Shown: positions 1 through 6,886 of the stretch, piece after piece
How the letters are laid out: each line of letters starts with the position of its first letter
How positions within the stretch are numbered: the stretch's first letter is position 1
Assembly (NCBI GenBank): GCA_016938455.1
Contig: JAFGUQ010000263.1
Location: forward strand, 1-27,633
DNA length: 27,633 bases
Origin: Clostridia bacterium
Lineage (GTDB): Bacteria; Bacillota; Clostridia; DUPQ01
Reading direction: 5' to 3'
The notes under the pieces: model-generated
Database searches by the model: none
Told to the model about the DNA's origin: nothing
The model's input: the letters and a program-made list of their open reading frames with translations, nothing else
Made by a program: the position numbers and the translations under genes

Positions 1-1539
1 CCAGAATACCCGAAAAACTATGAACAGACTTTAAAAGTTATCAGCCAGATCAAGCAAATGGCAGAAGAAGAAATAAGTGATATTGACCTTCTGGTACTAC
101 CTGAATATTCAAACTGTGCCGGAATGAGTGATATGGAAGAAATAAAATCCCATATAGAAAAACACAATGAAGATTATCTTTTTACTCTGATTTCAGCAGC
201 TAAAAACAATCACACGCACATTGCTGTAAATATGGTCATTAGAGAAGACAGCGACTATTTTAATGCCACTGTTTTCATCACAAATCAAGGGGAAATTAAA
301 GCCATTTATAAAAAGACACACCTGGCCTATCCTGAAAAGTATTCCATGGGTCTTAAAGAAGGAAACGAAGCGATAATCATTGAAGTTGACAAGGTGAGAT
401 ATTCCTTTGCTACCTGTTTTGAGCTTTATTTCAGTGAATACTTTGAATATCTTGCTTCCCTGACACCAGATATCATCCTGGTTCCTTCCTATCAGCGGAG
501 TGAAGACAGCCGTGTCCTTGAAATACAGGTAAATCAGCGAGCACTTGATTGTGAGTGTTTTATCATCAGAGCCTCCTATTCCATGGGTGAAGAAAGCCAA
601 AAAGGAGGTTTCTCACAGATTTCTTCTCCGGAAGGAATGGCAATATTGAAAGCCGAACAGAAAACCGGACTCTTCGTAACAGACTTGAACCCTGTGCAAA
701 AAAGATTACGGCCATTGGCACATGGTCTTGCTAAGCTTTCTTCAAGAGAAATCATTGAGTCTTTCAGACGACCGGAATTATACCGCCAAGGCGGTCACCT
801 TGTCAGGAATATTCATCAATATACTTACCCTCGTATCTGTGCGCATCGAGGATTTTCTCATGCCTGTCCTGAAAACACCATACCTGCGTTTCTGGCTGCC
901 ATAGCAGCCGGTGCTGATGAAATAGAGTTCGATTTACGGGTGACTAAAGATGGGCATATTGTTGTCTGCCATGATGTATCCATTGACAGAACCACTACCG
1001 GTAAAGGAAACATCGCCGATCTAACGCTGGATGAAATCAGAAAAGAAGATGCAGGTGTATATCTGAGTGAGGAGTGGAAAGGTGTCAGAATGCCTACACT
1101 TGATGAGGTATTTGAATCATGCGCAGGACTGATTATGATGAATATTCATATTTATGATCCCGGTGAAGACGGATCGGTAGTGAAAAAAATAAGTGAACTG
1201 TCAAAATTGTATCATGTCGACCACATGATTTATCTTGCCGGTGAAAAAAAGGTGCTTGAATATTCATTAAGATATGCCCCTCACCTGGAAAGAGCCTGCC
1301 TTGAGGCTCAGCAGAGCGAAGAAATCCTCTATTATGCAAAACTGTATCAGTGTCAGCGTCTTCAGTTTTTCAGAAATGTTTCTGATGATATGATAAGAAA
1401 AGCCAAGGAGCTCGGTATGATATGTAATCTGTTTTATGCGGATGATGAGATTGAAGCAGAAGAATATATCAGAAGAGGGATTGATACGATTCTGACCAAC
1501 AAAGCATCAAAAATGGTGTGGTTCCTGAAAAACAAATAA
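1..1539 (+). CDS. Two-domain protein: nitrilase-superfamily C-N hydrolase (N-terminal) fused to glycerophosphodiester phosphodiesterase (GDPD, C-terminal); 5' end runs off the window
   Basis: Frame 1 is open from base 1 (PEYPKNYEQTLKVISQIKQ precedes the listed Met at 58). Only 14 residues separate that Met from the LLVLPEY glutamate motif, so the true start is probably upstream of the window. Nitrilase-type Glu/Lys/Cys triad candidates are VLPEY, YKKTHL and FATCFELYF. From about residue 260 of the listed ORF, CAHRGFSHACPENTIPAF...GADEIEFDLRVTKDGHIVVCHDVSIDRTTTGKG carries the canonical GDPD HRG / PENT / E-x-D / HD motifs. Confidence 0.8.
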   Translation, partial: PEYPKNYEQTLKVISQIKQMAEEEISDIDLLVLPEYSNCAGMSDMEEIKSHIEKHNEDYLFTLISAAKNNHTHIAVNMVIREDSDYFNATVFITNQGEIKAIYKKTHLAYPEKYSMGLKEGNEAIIIEVDKVRYSFATCFELYFSEYFEYLASLTPDIILVPSYQRSEDSRVLEIQVNQRALDCECFIIRASYSMGEESQKGGFSQISSPEGMAILKAEQKTGLFVTDLNPVQKRLRPLAHGLAKLSSREIIESFRRPELYRQGGHLVRNIHQYTYPRICAHRGFSHACPENTIPAFLAAIAAGADEIEFDLRVTKDGHIVVCHDVSIDRTTTGKGNIADLTLDEIRKEDAGVYLSEEWKGVRMPTLDEVFESCAGLIMMNIHIYDPGEDGSVVKKISELSKLYHVDHMIYLAGEKKVLEYSLRYAPHLERACLEAQQSEEILYYAKLYQCQRLQFFRNVSDDMIRKAKELGMICNLFYADDEIEAEEYIRRGIDTILTNKASKMVWFLKNK

Positions 1540-1540
1540 G

Positions 1541-2404
1541 TTATTCCATATTTCTGATATAGTTAAAAAGATAGGTATTGGCAAATCCCGCATATTCCTT
1601 GAATTTATCTCTGCCAAACTGATTAATCTCTGAAAGAGAGGTGTCTTTTGTAAGATAAAGGTCTTCCATCACCCTCTTCACCCAGACGTCAACAGGGAAA
1701 CTTTCTGTTTTCATTCCTGTGAAAAGAAGCACACAGTCTGCTACTTTATCCCCCACACCGGCAAACTGTTTCAGGCTTTCTCTTGCATCAAGATAAGGCA
1801 TGACTGCCAACTGTCTGAAATCATATTTCAGTTCATGTACCATCATAGCGGTTTTATGTATATATGAGCATCGAAAACCTGCTTTGCAGGTGTCAATCTC
1901 CTGCTTCTTAGAAGCAGCCAGTTTCTCGGCGGAAGGAAAAGAGTAATGGATATCCTTACTGTACTCGATACCTTCCCCATGATCTTCAGAAAGTTTCTTA
2001 ATGATTTTTTTAATTCTTGGTATATTGTTGTTTGAAGAGATGATAAATGTAATCAAGGTTTCAAACGGCTGTTGCCGCAGATGATGAATTCCTCCGGAAA
2101 ACTCTATGGCTTTTTTCATGATGTCATCTTCAGACAATACTCTAATTATTTTCTCATAATCTCTGTCAAGATCAAAATATGGGGTCCAGATATACTTCAT
2201 ATCATGTTCATTGGTATTGTCAATATAGATGTCATTGCCTATTTGTCCAATACTGATGGTTCTATGATAAGCAGTCCCGACAAATTGCCTGTCGTCTTTC
2301 TTTTCCCATCTGAAGCACTGACCGCTTTCAAGCGTCTTTACAATGTCAAAGTGTTTCAGGTCTTTTATGATAACTGTTGTGTTTTTCAATGGCTGCTCCT
2401 TCAT
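1541..2404 (-). CDS. ogg: 8-oxoguanine DNA glycosylase / AP lyase, Ogg1 family (HhH-GPD superfamily)
   Basis: 287 aa. N-terminal LESGQCFRW is Ogg-like. The HhH-GPD active-site block FAGVGDKVADCVLLF (catalytic Lys) followed by FPVDVWVKR (catalytic Asp) matches the human OGG1 GVGTKVADC...PVDVH pattern. The size matches the clostridial-type Ogg enzymes. No Shine-Dalgarno sequence precedes the ATG. Confidence 0.85.
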   Translation of the reverse strand: MKEQPLKNTTVIIKDLKHFDIVKTLESGQCFRWEKKDDRQFVGTAYHRTISIGQIGNDIYIDNTNEHDMKYIWTPYFDLDRDYEKIIRVLSEDDIMKKAIEFSGGIHHLRQQPFETLITFIISSNNNIPRIKKIIKKLSEDHGEGIEYSKDIHYSFPSAEKLAASKKQEIDTCKAGFRCSYIHKTAMMVHELKYDFRQLAVMPYLDARESLKQFAGVGDKVADCVLLFTGMKTESFPVDVWVKRVMEDLYLTKDTSLSEINQFGRDKFKEYAGFANTYLFNYIRNME

Positions 2405-2408
2405 ACTA

Positions 2409-2417
2409 TGGTATAAT
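2409..2417 (+). promoter_or_regulatory. Extended -10 promoter element (TGgTATAAT) for the 2447 gene
   Basis: TGGTATAAT at 2409-2417, about 30 nt upstream of the ATG at 2447. An AGGAG ribosome-binding site lies at 2434-2438. I see no convincing -35, which is tolerated with a TGn extension. Confidence 0.4.
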
Positions 2418-2446
2418 TATAGCATTAATGAACAGGAGTATTTACC

Positions 2447-3223
2447 ATGAAAGAAAAAATATATATGATTCCGGTCAATGATGCTTTTAATACAAATTGC
2501 GAATGTCCGGTCTGTACACTGGAAAAGGATCTTGAAAACAAATCAATCGAATTTATTCTGGGACCGTCCAGTATGGAACCTGATACCAGAGTCACTACCA
2601 ATGAAAAAGGATTCTGCCGAAGACACTGGCAGATGCTTTATACAAGAAGAATGAACGTACTCGGATTGTCTCTGGTGCTTGATACACATATACAGATTCA
2701 GATGAATTTATATAAAAAGATGTTTGAAAAAAGCAAGAAAGCCATCGAAAGTGACAGTAACACAGGTGCACTATCCAATCTTGCCAATCAGGTAACTAAA
2801 AAGAGTACTGCCACCACCAGATTCATTGATGATGCGACACAGTTTCTTGATCAGCTGGAAGGAAAATGTGAAATCTGCGACAGAATGGACACGACCATGG
2901 ACCGCTATTTTGATGTTCTGTTCTGGATGTATTTCAAGGATGAGGAATTCAGGGAAAAGGTCAAAAATTCTAAAGGGTTCTGTCTGAGACATTACAACAT
3001 GCTGTTTAAATCCGCAAAAAAATATCTGTCAACCAGACAGCTCGCCCAGTTCACACTTGATATCAACACATTGATGATGGACAATATGGACCGCATTCTG
3101 GATGAAGTGCAGTGGTTTGCTCAGAAATTTGACCATCGAAATGAAAAAGCATCCTGGAAAAACTCAGAAGATGCTGTGCCGAGAACCATAGAAAAATTTG
3201 TTTCTTATGGAAATTTCAAATAA
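2447..3223 (+). CDS. Uncharacterised protein with duplicated CxxC...GFCxxH (putative zinc-binding) modules; resembles the Firmicute DUF6062-type family (assignment from memory, unverified)
   Basis: 258 aa with an AGGAG RBS 8 nt upstream. There are two internal modules. Module 1 is CPVC-x33-(GF)CRRH and module 2 is CEIC-x34-(GF)CLRH, so the spacing is nearly identical. I recognise no enzymatic motif. Confidence 0.7.
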   Translation: MKEKIYMIPVNDAFNTNCECPVCTLEKDLENKSIEFILGPSSMEPDTRVTTNEKGFCRRHWQMLYTRRMNVLGLSLVLDTHIQIQMNLYKKMFEKSKKAIESDSNTGALSNLANQVTKKSTATTRFIDDATQFLDQLEGKCEICDRMDTTMDRYFDVLFWMYFKDEEFREKVKNSKGFCLRHYNMLFKSAKKYLSTRQLAQFTLDINTLMMDNMDRILDEVQWFAQKFDHRNEKASWKNSEDAVPRTIEKFVSYGNFK

Positions 3224-3226
3224 GAA

Positions 3227-4057
3227 TTATGGATAAATCTCATTATCAATGATAATCTGTCTGACGGTGATATCAAGACTGGTCAGGTGAAGCGCTGTGA
3301 GCCGGTCAATGGTATCCCTGACTTTTTTCTGTATTTCTTTCATGACATCAAAAATCGGGTACTGGTAATCAACCGTGATACTCATATCTATGCTGATTCC
3401 TCCTTCTTTCTTGATGATTCGAAAACGAGTCATTCCTTCATACCCTTTGACTGTACTTGCCACATAATTGGAAATCTGATACAAGGCGTTATTGGAAATC
3501 GTATAGTTTCCCAGAAAACTGAAAGTAGGTCTGACAATGGTCTTACTCCCTTCAGATACATAATTATTGCTTCCTTTTCTTCTGAACACATATAAAGGAT
3601 CAAGAAGATAGCCGCTGAAATCCTTTTTGATTTCAAAAGTAGGAACGGGAATGACATGCTTCCCTTTTTCTTTTCTGCTGGCAAGCGCTTTGCTGATTTC
3701 AGCCTGTTCTGAGATATCCTGTATATATATGATTCGCTGAATATCATCCAGATCAAGTTTTCTCGCTATTTCCATCACCATTTTATCAGAAGTGCCAAGA
3801 AGCAGAATGCTTTCGACTTTGTTTATTTTAATTGATTTGGAAACCTCTTTACGATGCGCTTCATCAAAAAAAAGTGCTCTTTTCACTGAAGCGATTTTAG
3901 TCGCTTCTGCCTTGGCACTGGTACCTGCAATCACTTTATTTCCACCGATTAAAAGCCCGTCATCAATGATATAGTCAATTCCCATGTCACTTGCCAGCAT
4001 GGTGGATTTATGGCTTTTTCCTGTTCCTGGTGGTCCTACTAAAGCGTATACTCTCAT
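3227..4057 (-). CDS. Fusion protein: N-terminal P-loop NTPase + C-terminal Asp23/Gls24 (alkaline shock protein, DUF322) domain
   Basis: 276 aa. Walker A is VGPPGTGKSHKS at residues 7-18, and a hydrophobic strand plus acidic residues (IDYIIDDG) could be Walker B-like. The C-terminal ~100 aa (GNYTISNNALYQISNYVASTVKGYEGM...ISIDMSITVDYQYPIFDVMKEIQKKVRDTIDRLTALHLTSLDITVRQI) follows the Asp23 family pattern. The RBS is AAGGAAA. Confidence 0.8.
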   Translation of the reverse strand: MRVYALVGPPGTGKSHKSTMLASDMGIDYIIDDGLLIGGNKVIAGTSAKAEATKIASVKRALFFDEAHRKEVSKSIKINKVESILLLGTSDKMVMEIARKLDLDDIQRIIYIQDISEQAEISKALASRKEKGKHVIPVPTFEIKKDFSGYLLDPLYVFRRKGSNNYVSEGSKTIVRPTFSFLGNYTISNNALYQISNYVASTVKGYEGMTRFRIIKKEGGISIDMSITVDYQYPIFDVMKEIQKKVRDTIDRLTALHLTSLDITVRQIIIDNEIYP

Positions 4058-4076
4058 AAATTTCCTTTTTTATTTA

Positions 4077-4679
4077 TTATATACTATATACTGACTTATA
4101 TACCATATAACCTTTATCTCTCTTAATACATTCACAATTACCATAAAGTGAAAGAAGCCTTTCCATGCTGCTTTTAGCTCCTTGTTTTTTTTGAATGACA
4201 ATGAAGAAAGTGCCGTTTTCTCTAAGGTGACTGACACTGTCTTCATAAAGTTTAAAGATAGTCTGTTTTCCTGCTCTGATTGGTGGATTCAGTAGTATGA
4301 CATCATATTTCATGTCAACTTCTGAAAATCCGTCTGACTGCATCACCACTGTGTTTTTAATGTGATTTTCACTGATGTTTTTTTTAGTCAACTCCACTGC
4401 TCTGCTGTTAATATCACAGAAATCGACCTTGATATTATCTGATTCCTTTGAAACTATAATTCCGACTGGTCCATACCCGCAGCCTAAATCAAGCAGATGA
4501 ATATCTGATCTCTTTTCTTCAAGAAAAGCTTTAATTAGAGCTAATGAACCATAATCGACATCATTTTTTGAAAACACCCCATTGTCTGTGGTGAAGATAT
4601 ACTGATGGCTGAAAAGATTCAATCTTATTTTTTTCTCTTCACTTTTGACAGAAGGTTCTTTTTCAAAATATTGTTCCAT
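4077..4679 (-). CDS. Class I SAM-dependent methyltransferase, small MTS domain (RsmC/RlmG/YbxB-like)
   Basis: 200 aa. SAM motif I is LLDLGCGYGPVG. The N-methyltransferase motif is NPPIRAGK, followed by IVIQKKQGA. These resemble B. subtilis YbxB and the catalytic domain of RsmC. The start overlaps the upstream stop as TAATG. Confidence 0.85.
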   Translation of the reverse strand: MEQYFEKEPSVKSEEKKIRLNLFSHQYIFTTDNGVFSKNDVDYGSLALIKAFLEEKRSDIHLLDLGCGYGPVGIIVSKESDNIKVDFCDINSRAVELTKKNISENHIKNTVVMQSDGFSEVDMKYDVILLNPPIRAGKQTIFKLYEDSVSHLRENGTFFIVIQKKQGAKSSMERLLSLYGNCECIKRDKGYMVYKSVYSI

Positions 4680-5716
4680 TACTTAGTCAATGTTACCTTT
4701 CTCAGATTTCTTGGGTGATCTGGATCAAGCCCTTTTGCAAGTGACAGTTTCAATGCAAATCGCTGAATTGCTATTGCGTTGATTATAGGCGATTCGAAGT
4801 CGTTCATATCATTATAAATTTCAATATTGTGAGTGCTGCAGTCCTTAATCATTTTATTATTGGTAAATGAAATGACTTTACAGCCGACGGCATTAAGTTT
4901 CTGAACCATGTCAAGTGTGTCATTGATTGATTCGCCTTCCGGAGCAATCATGATGACATTGGTCTGATCCTGCAGCATGGCAAAGGGCCCATGATAAAAA
5001 TCAGATAAGGAATAAGCCCTTGCACGAACATAGCAGGTTTCCTGTATTTTCAGAGACGCTTCCAAGGCAATGGGATAATTCATTCCTCTTGCCATGACAA
5101 AGCACTCGTTTTCATCTTTGAGGCTGTTGACAGCATTTATGTCAATCACATATTCACTGATATATTTTTTTGCTTTTCCCGGGATTTCATGAATCCACCT
5201 GGTCAGTTCATCATTATCTGATAAAGCCGCTGTAATGATTGCTCCTATGAACATTTCCGAGGTAAAAGTTTTTGTAGCCGCTACTGACTTTTCTTCTCCG
5301 GCAAAACAGTTGAAATGATAGGCTGCAAGCTTTGCTAAAGGACTTTCATCGTAATTTGTAATTGAGAGAGTGACAGCTCCTTGTTCATTGGCCAGTTTGA
5401 TGACCTCCAGAACATCCAACGCTTCTCCAGACTGAGATATTCCGATGACCAGGCAGTCTTTCAGGTCAGGCTTTCCGTGATACAGTGTAATCACTGAGGG
5501 AGCGGCCAGCGCCACTGGCATTTTGGCATATGTTTCTAATATATATTTGATATAAACACCGGCATTATCTGATGTCCCTCTGCCGGCAATGTAGACAAAA
5601 TTAATATTTCTTTTTTTTATTTCCTTACATAACTCCTCTGCTTTTGAAAGACTTTTATCGAGCAGCAGTGCTAGAACATCTGGCTGCTCATTGATTTCCT
5701 TTTCCATGAATGTCAT
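4679..5716 (-). CDS. Double SIS-domain sugar-phosphate isomerase/deaminase (GlmS C-terminal / AgaS / FrlB-like, no glutaminase domain)
   Basis: MEKEINEQPDVL is a typical N-terminus for this family. Other family features are GRGTSDNA, the GISQSGEALDV SIS motif and a second SIS half. I prefer the start at 5716 (MTFMEKE) because GGAGGT lies 5 nt upstream. The track ORF extends to 5749 through the terminator hairpin. Confidence 0.85.
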   Translation of the reverse strand: MTFMEKEINEQPDVLALLLDKSLSKAEELCKEIKKRNINFVYIAGRGTSDNAGVYIKYILETYAKMPVALAAPSVITLYHGKPDLKDCLVIGISQSGEALDVLEVIKLANEQGAVTLSITNYDESPLAKLAAYHFNCFAGEEKSVAATKTFTSEMFIGAIITAALSDNDELTRWIHEIPGKAKKYISEYVIDINAVNSLKDENECFVMARGMNYPIALEASLKIQETCYVRARAYSLSDFYHGPFAMLQDQTNVIMIAPEGESINDTLDMVQKLNAVGCKVISFTNNKMIKDCSTHNIEIYNDMNDFESPIINAIAIQRFALKLSLAKGLDPDHPRNLRKVTLTK

Positions 5717-5728
5717 TGTTACCTCCAT

Positions 5729-5759
5729 AAACAAAACAGGCGAAATCATGTCCGCCTGC
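5729..5759 (-). terminator. Rho-independent terminator downstream of the ferredoxin gene
   Basis: On the minus-strand RNA the sequence reads G-CAGGCG-gacatgattt-CGCCTG-U followed by UUUGUUUAU. This gives a 6 bp GC-rich stem plus a closing G-U pair, a 10-nt loop and a U-tract. It lies 22 nt after the ferredoxin stop codon. Confidence 0.5.
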
Positions 5760-5780
5760 TTGAATCAATCTTTGATTTTT

Positions 5781-5951
5781 CTATTCTGGTTGTGGTGCTT
5801 CTACAGGACAAACATCAAAACAAGCGCCGCAATCAATACAAGTATCAGCATCTATGATATAGGTACTGTCACCAGCTGTAATTGCATTGGTTGGACATTC
5901 GCTTTCACAAGCGCCACAGTTGATGCAAGCATCAGAAATTTTATAAGCCAT
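5781..5951 (-). CDS. fdx: Clostridial-type 2x[4Fe-4S] ferredoxin (56 aa), absent from the supplied ORF track because it is under 60 aa
   Basis: Hand translation of the minus strand gives MAYKISDACINCGACESECPTNAITAGDSTYIIDADTCIDCGACFDVCPVEAPQPE followed by TAG. It contains two CxxCxxCxxxCP motifs. A GGAGG RBS lies 8 nt upstream of the ATG at 5951. Confidence 0.88.
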   Translation of the reverse strand: MAYKISDACINCGACESECPTNAITAGDSTYIIDADTCIDCGACFDVCPVEAPQPE

Positions 5952-5979
5952 TTTGTACACCTCCGAGTTTATTAATAAT

Positions 5980-6008
5980 ATTATATAGTAGACTTTTTAT
6001 AAAATCAA
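5980..6008 (-). promoter_or_regulatory. Sigma-A-type promoter candidate for the ferredoxin gene (TTGATT-N17-TATAAT)
   Basis: On the minus strand, TTGATT is at 6003-6008 and overlaps the ricT TGA stop. A 17-nt spacer follows, then TATAAT at 5980-5985. Confidence 0.45.
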
Positions 6009-6886
6009 TCTTCCAGTTTTTTTATTTTATCTTCGTCCTCATCAATGATTAGGGCGTTGTTCTTCGCATTTCTGGCCCATCTGATGATTTTTACGTCTTT
6101 CAAAGAGTATTCTTTGATTTCAATATCGTCTTTCTTTGGAATCTTGACTCTTATTCTTCCTTTTAGCAGACTGACGGAAAGAATCTCTCCCTGCCCGTCT
6201 TCTGTCTTCACAATGGAACCGGCACTAGGCGTCTGATCCAGCAGTTCCTGATAAGCTTCATGCTCATATTTAAGGCAGCACATCAATCGCGAACAGATTC
6301 CTGAAATCTTAGTGGGATTGAGTGATAAACTCTGATCTTTTGCCATTTTAATGGAAACAGGTTGAAATTCATCAAGAAATGTGTTGCAGCATAATGCTCT
6401 TCCACAGATGCCAACCCCTCCTAGAATCTTAGCTTCATCTCGGATACCGATTTGTCTAAGTTCAATTCTTGTTCTGAAAATGCTGGCAAGATCTTTGACA
6501 AGCTCTCGAAAATCAACTCTGCCCTCCGCTGTAAAATAGAATAGAATCTTATTATTATCAAAGGTATATTCTACATCAACCAGTTTCATTTCTATTTTAT
6601 GCTGCCTTATTTTTTCAAGGCAAGCAGCAAAAGCTTCTCTTTCTCTAATCTGATTCTCTTTTACCCTATCACAGTCTTCCTGTGTTGCTATTCTGATTAC
6701 CTCTTTTAACGGGGATACCACTTCTTTATCTTCAACTTCTCTTGGGACCAGGACAACTGTCCCGAACTCTATACCACGTGCGGTTTCCACGATGACATGG
6801 TCATCTTTTTGAAGATCAAGATTCCCTGGTGCAAAGTAGTAAATCTTTCCAACGTTCTTAAATCTGACGCCAGTTACCTTAATCAT
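6005..6886 (-). CDS. ricT: PSP1-domain regulatory iron-sulfur protein RicT (YaaT, stage 0 sporulation protein homologue)
   Basis: 293 aa. VRFKNVGKIYYF...ETARGIEFG and the Cys-rich block GICGRALCCNTFL...CSRLMCCLKYE are typical of YaaT/PSP1. It sits immediately after holB, as in B. subtilis. The RBS is GGAGGAG. Confidence 0.9.
   Translation of the reverse strand: MIKVTGVRFKNVGKIYYFAPGNLDLQKDDHVIVETARGIEFGTVVLVPREVEDKEVVSPLKEVIRIATQEDCDRVKENQIREREAFAACLEKIRQHKIEMKLVDVEYTFDNNKILFYFTAEGRVDFRELVKDLASIFRTRIELRQIGIRDEAKILGGVGICGRALCCNTFLDEFQPVSIKMAKDQSLSLNPTKISGICSRLMCCLKYEHEAYQELLDQTPSAGSIVKTEDGQGEILSVSLLKGRIRVKIPKKDDIEIKEYSLKDVKIIRWARNAKNNALIIDEDEDKIKKLED

Noticed and set aside
193-600. Antisense or overlapping ORFs of 60-135 aa inside well-supported genes (193-600, 722-904, 1133-1339, 2072-2416, 2771-2992, 3287-3595, 3430-3756, 3792-3974, 6045-6236, 6886-7293, 7968-8219, 10180-10395, 10765-11001, 11830-12033, 12282-12476, 12827-13114, 12939-13148, 13516-13771, 15193-15459, 17021-17614, 17825-18061, 18279-18506, 19023-19283, 19586-19959, 20464-20827, 21259-21540, 22205-22417, 22629-23030, 23222-23419, 24644-24877, 26119-26429, 26846-27076, 27307-27609)
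   Set aside because: Each is nested in, or antisense to, a longer ORF with clear family motifs. None has a recognisable domain or a convincing RBS. Such ORFs are expected by chance in AT-rich DNA opposite real genes.
5717-5749. N-terminal extensions of track ORFs at 5717-5749 (SIS gene), 8836-8847 (tmk, TTG) and 11339-11356 (Asn-rich gene)
   Set aside because: In each case a downstream ATG has a properly spaced Shine-Dalgarno sequence and gives the family-typical N-terminus. The extensions run through a terminator hairpin, the upstream stop codon, or the RBS itself.
5691-5975. 94-aa plus-strand ORF in the supplied track
   Set aside because: It is the antisense shadow of the minus-strand ferredoxin gene (5781-5951) and of the terminator/RBS region. 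It has no RBS and a composition unlike a real protein, whereas the opposite strand encodes perfect 2x CxxCxxCxxxCP motifs.
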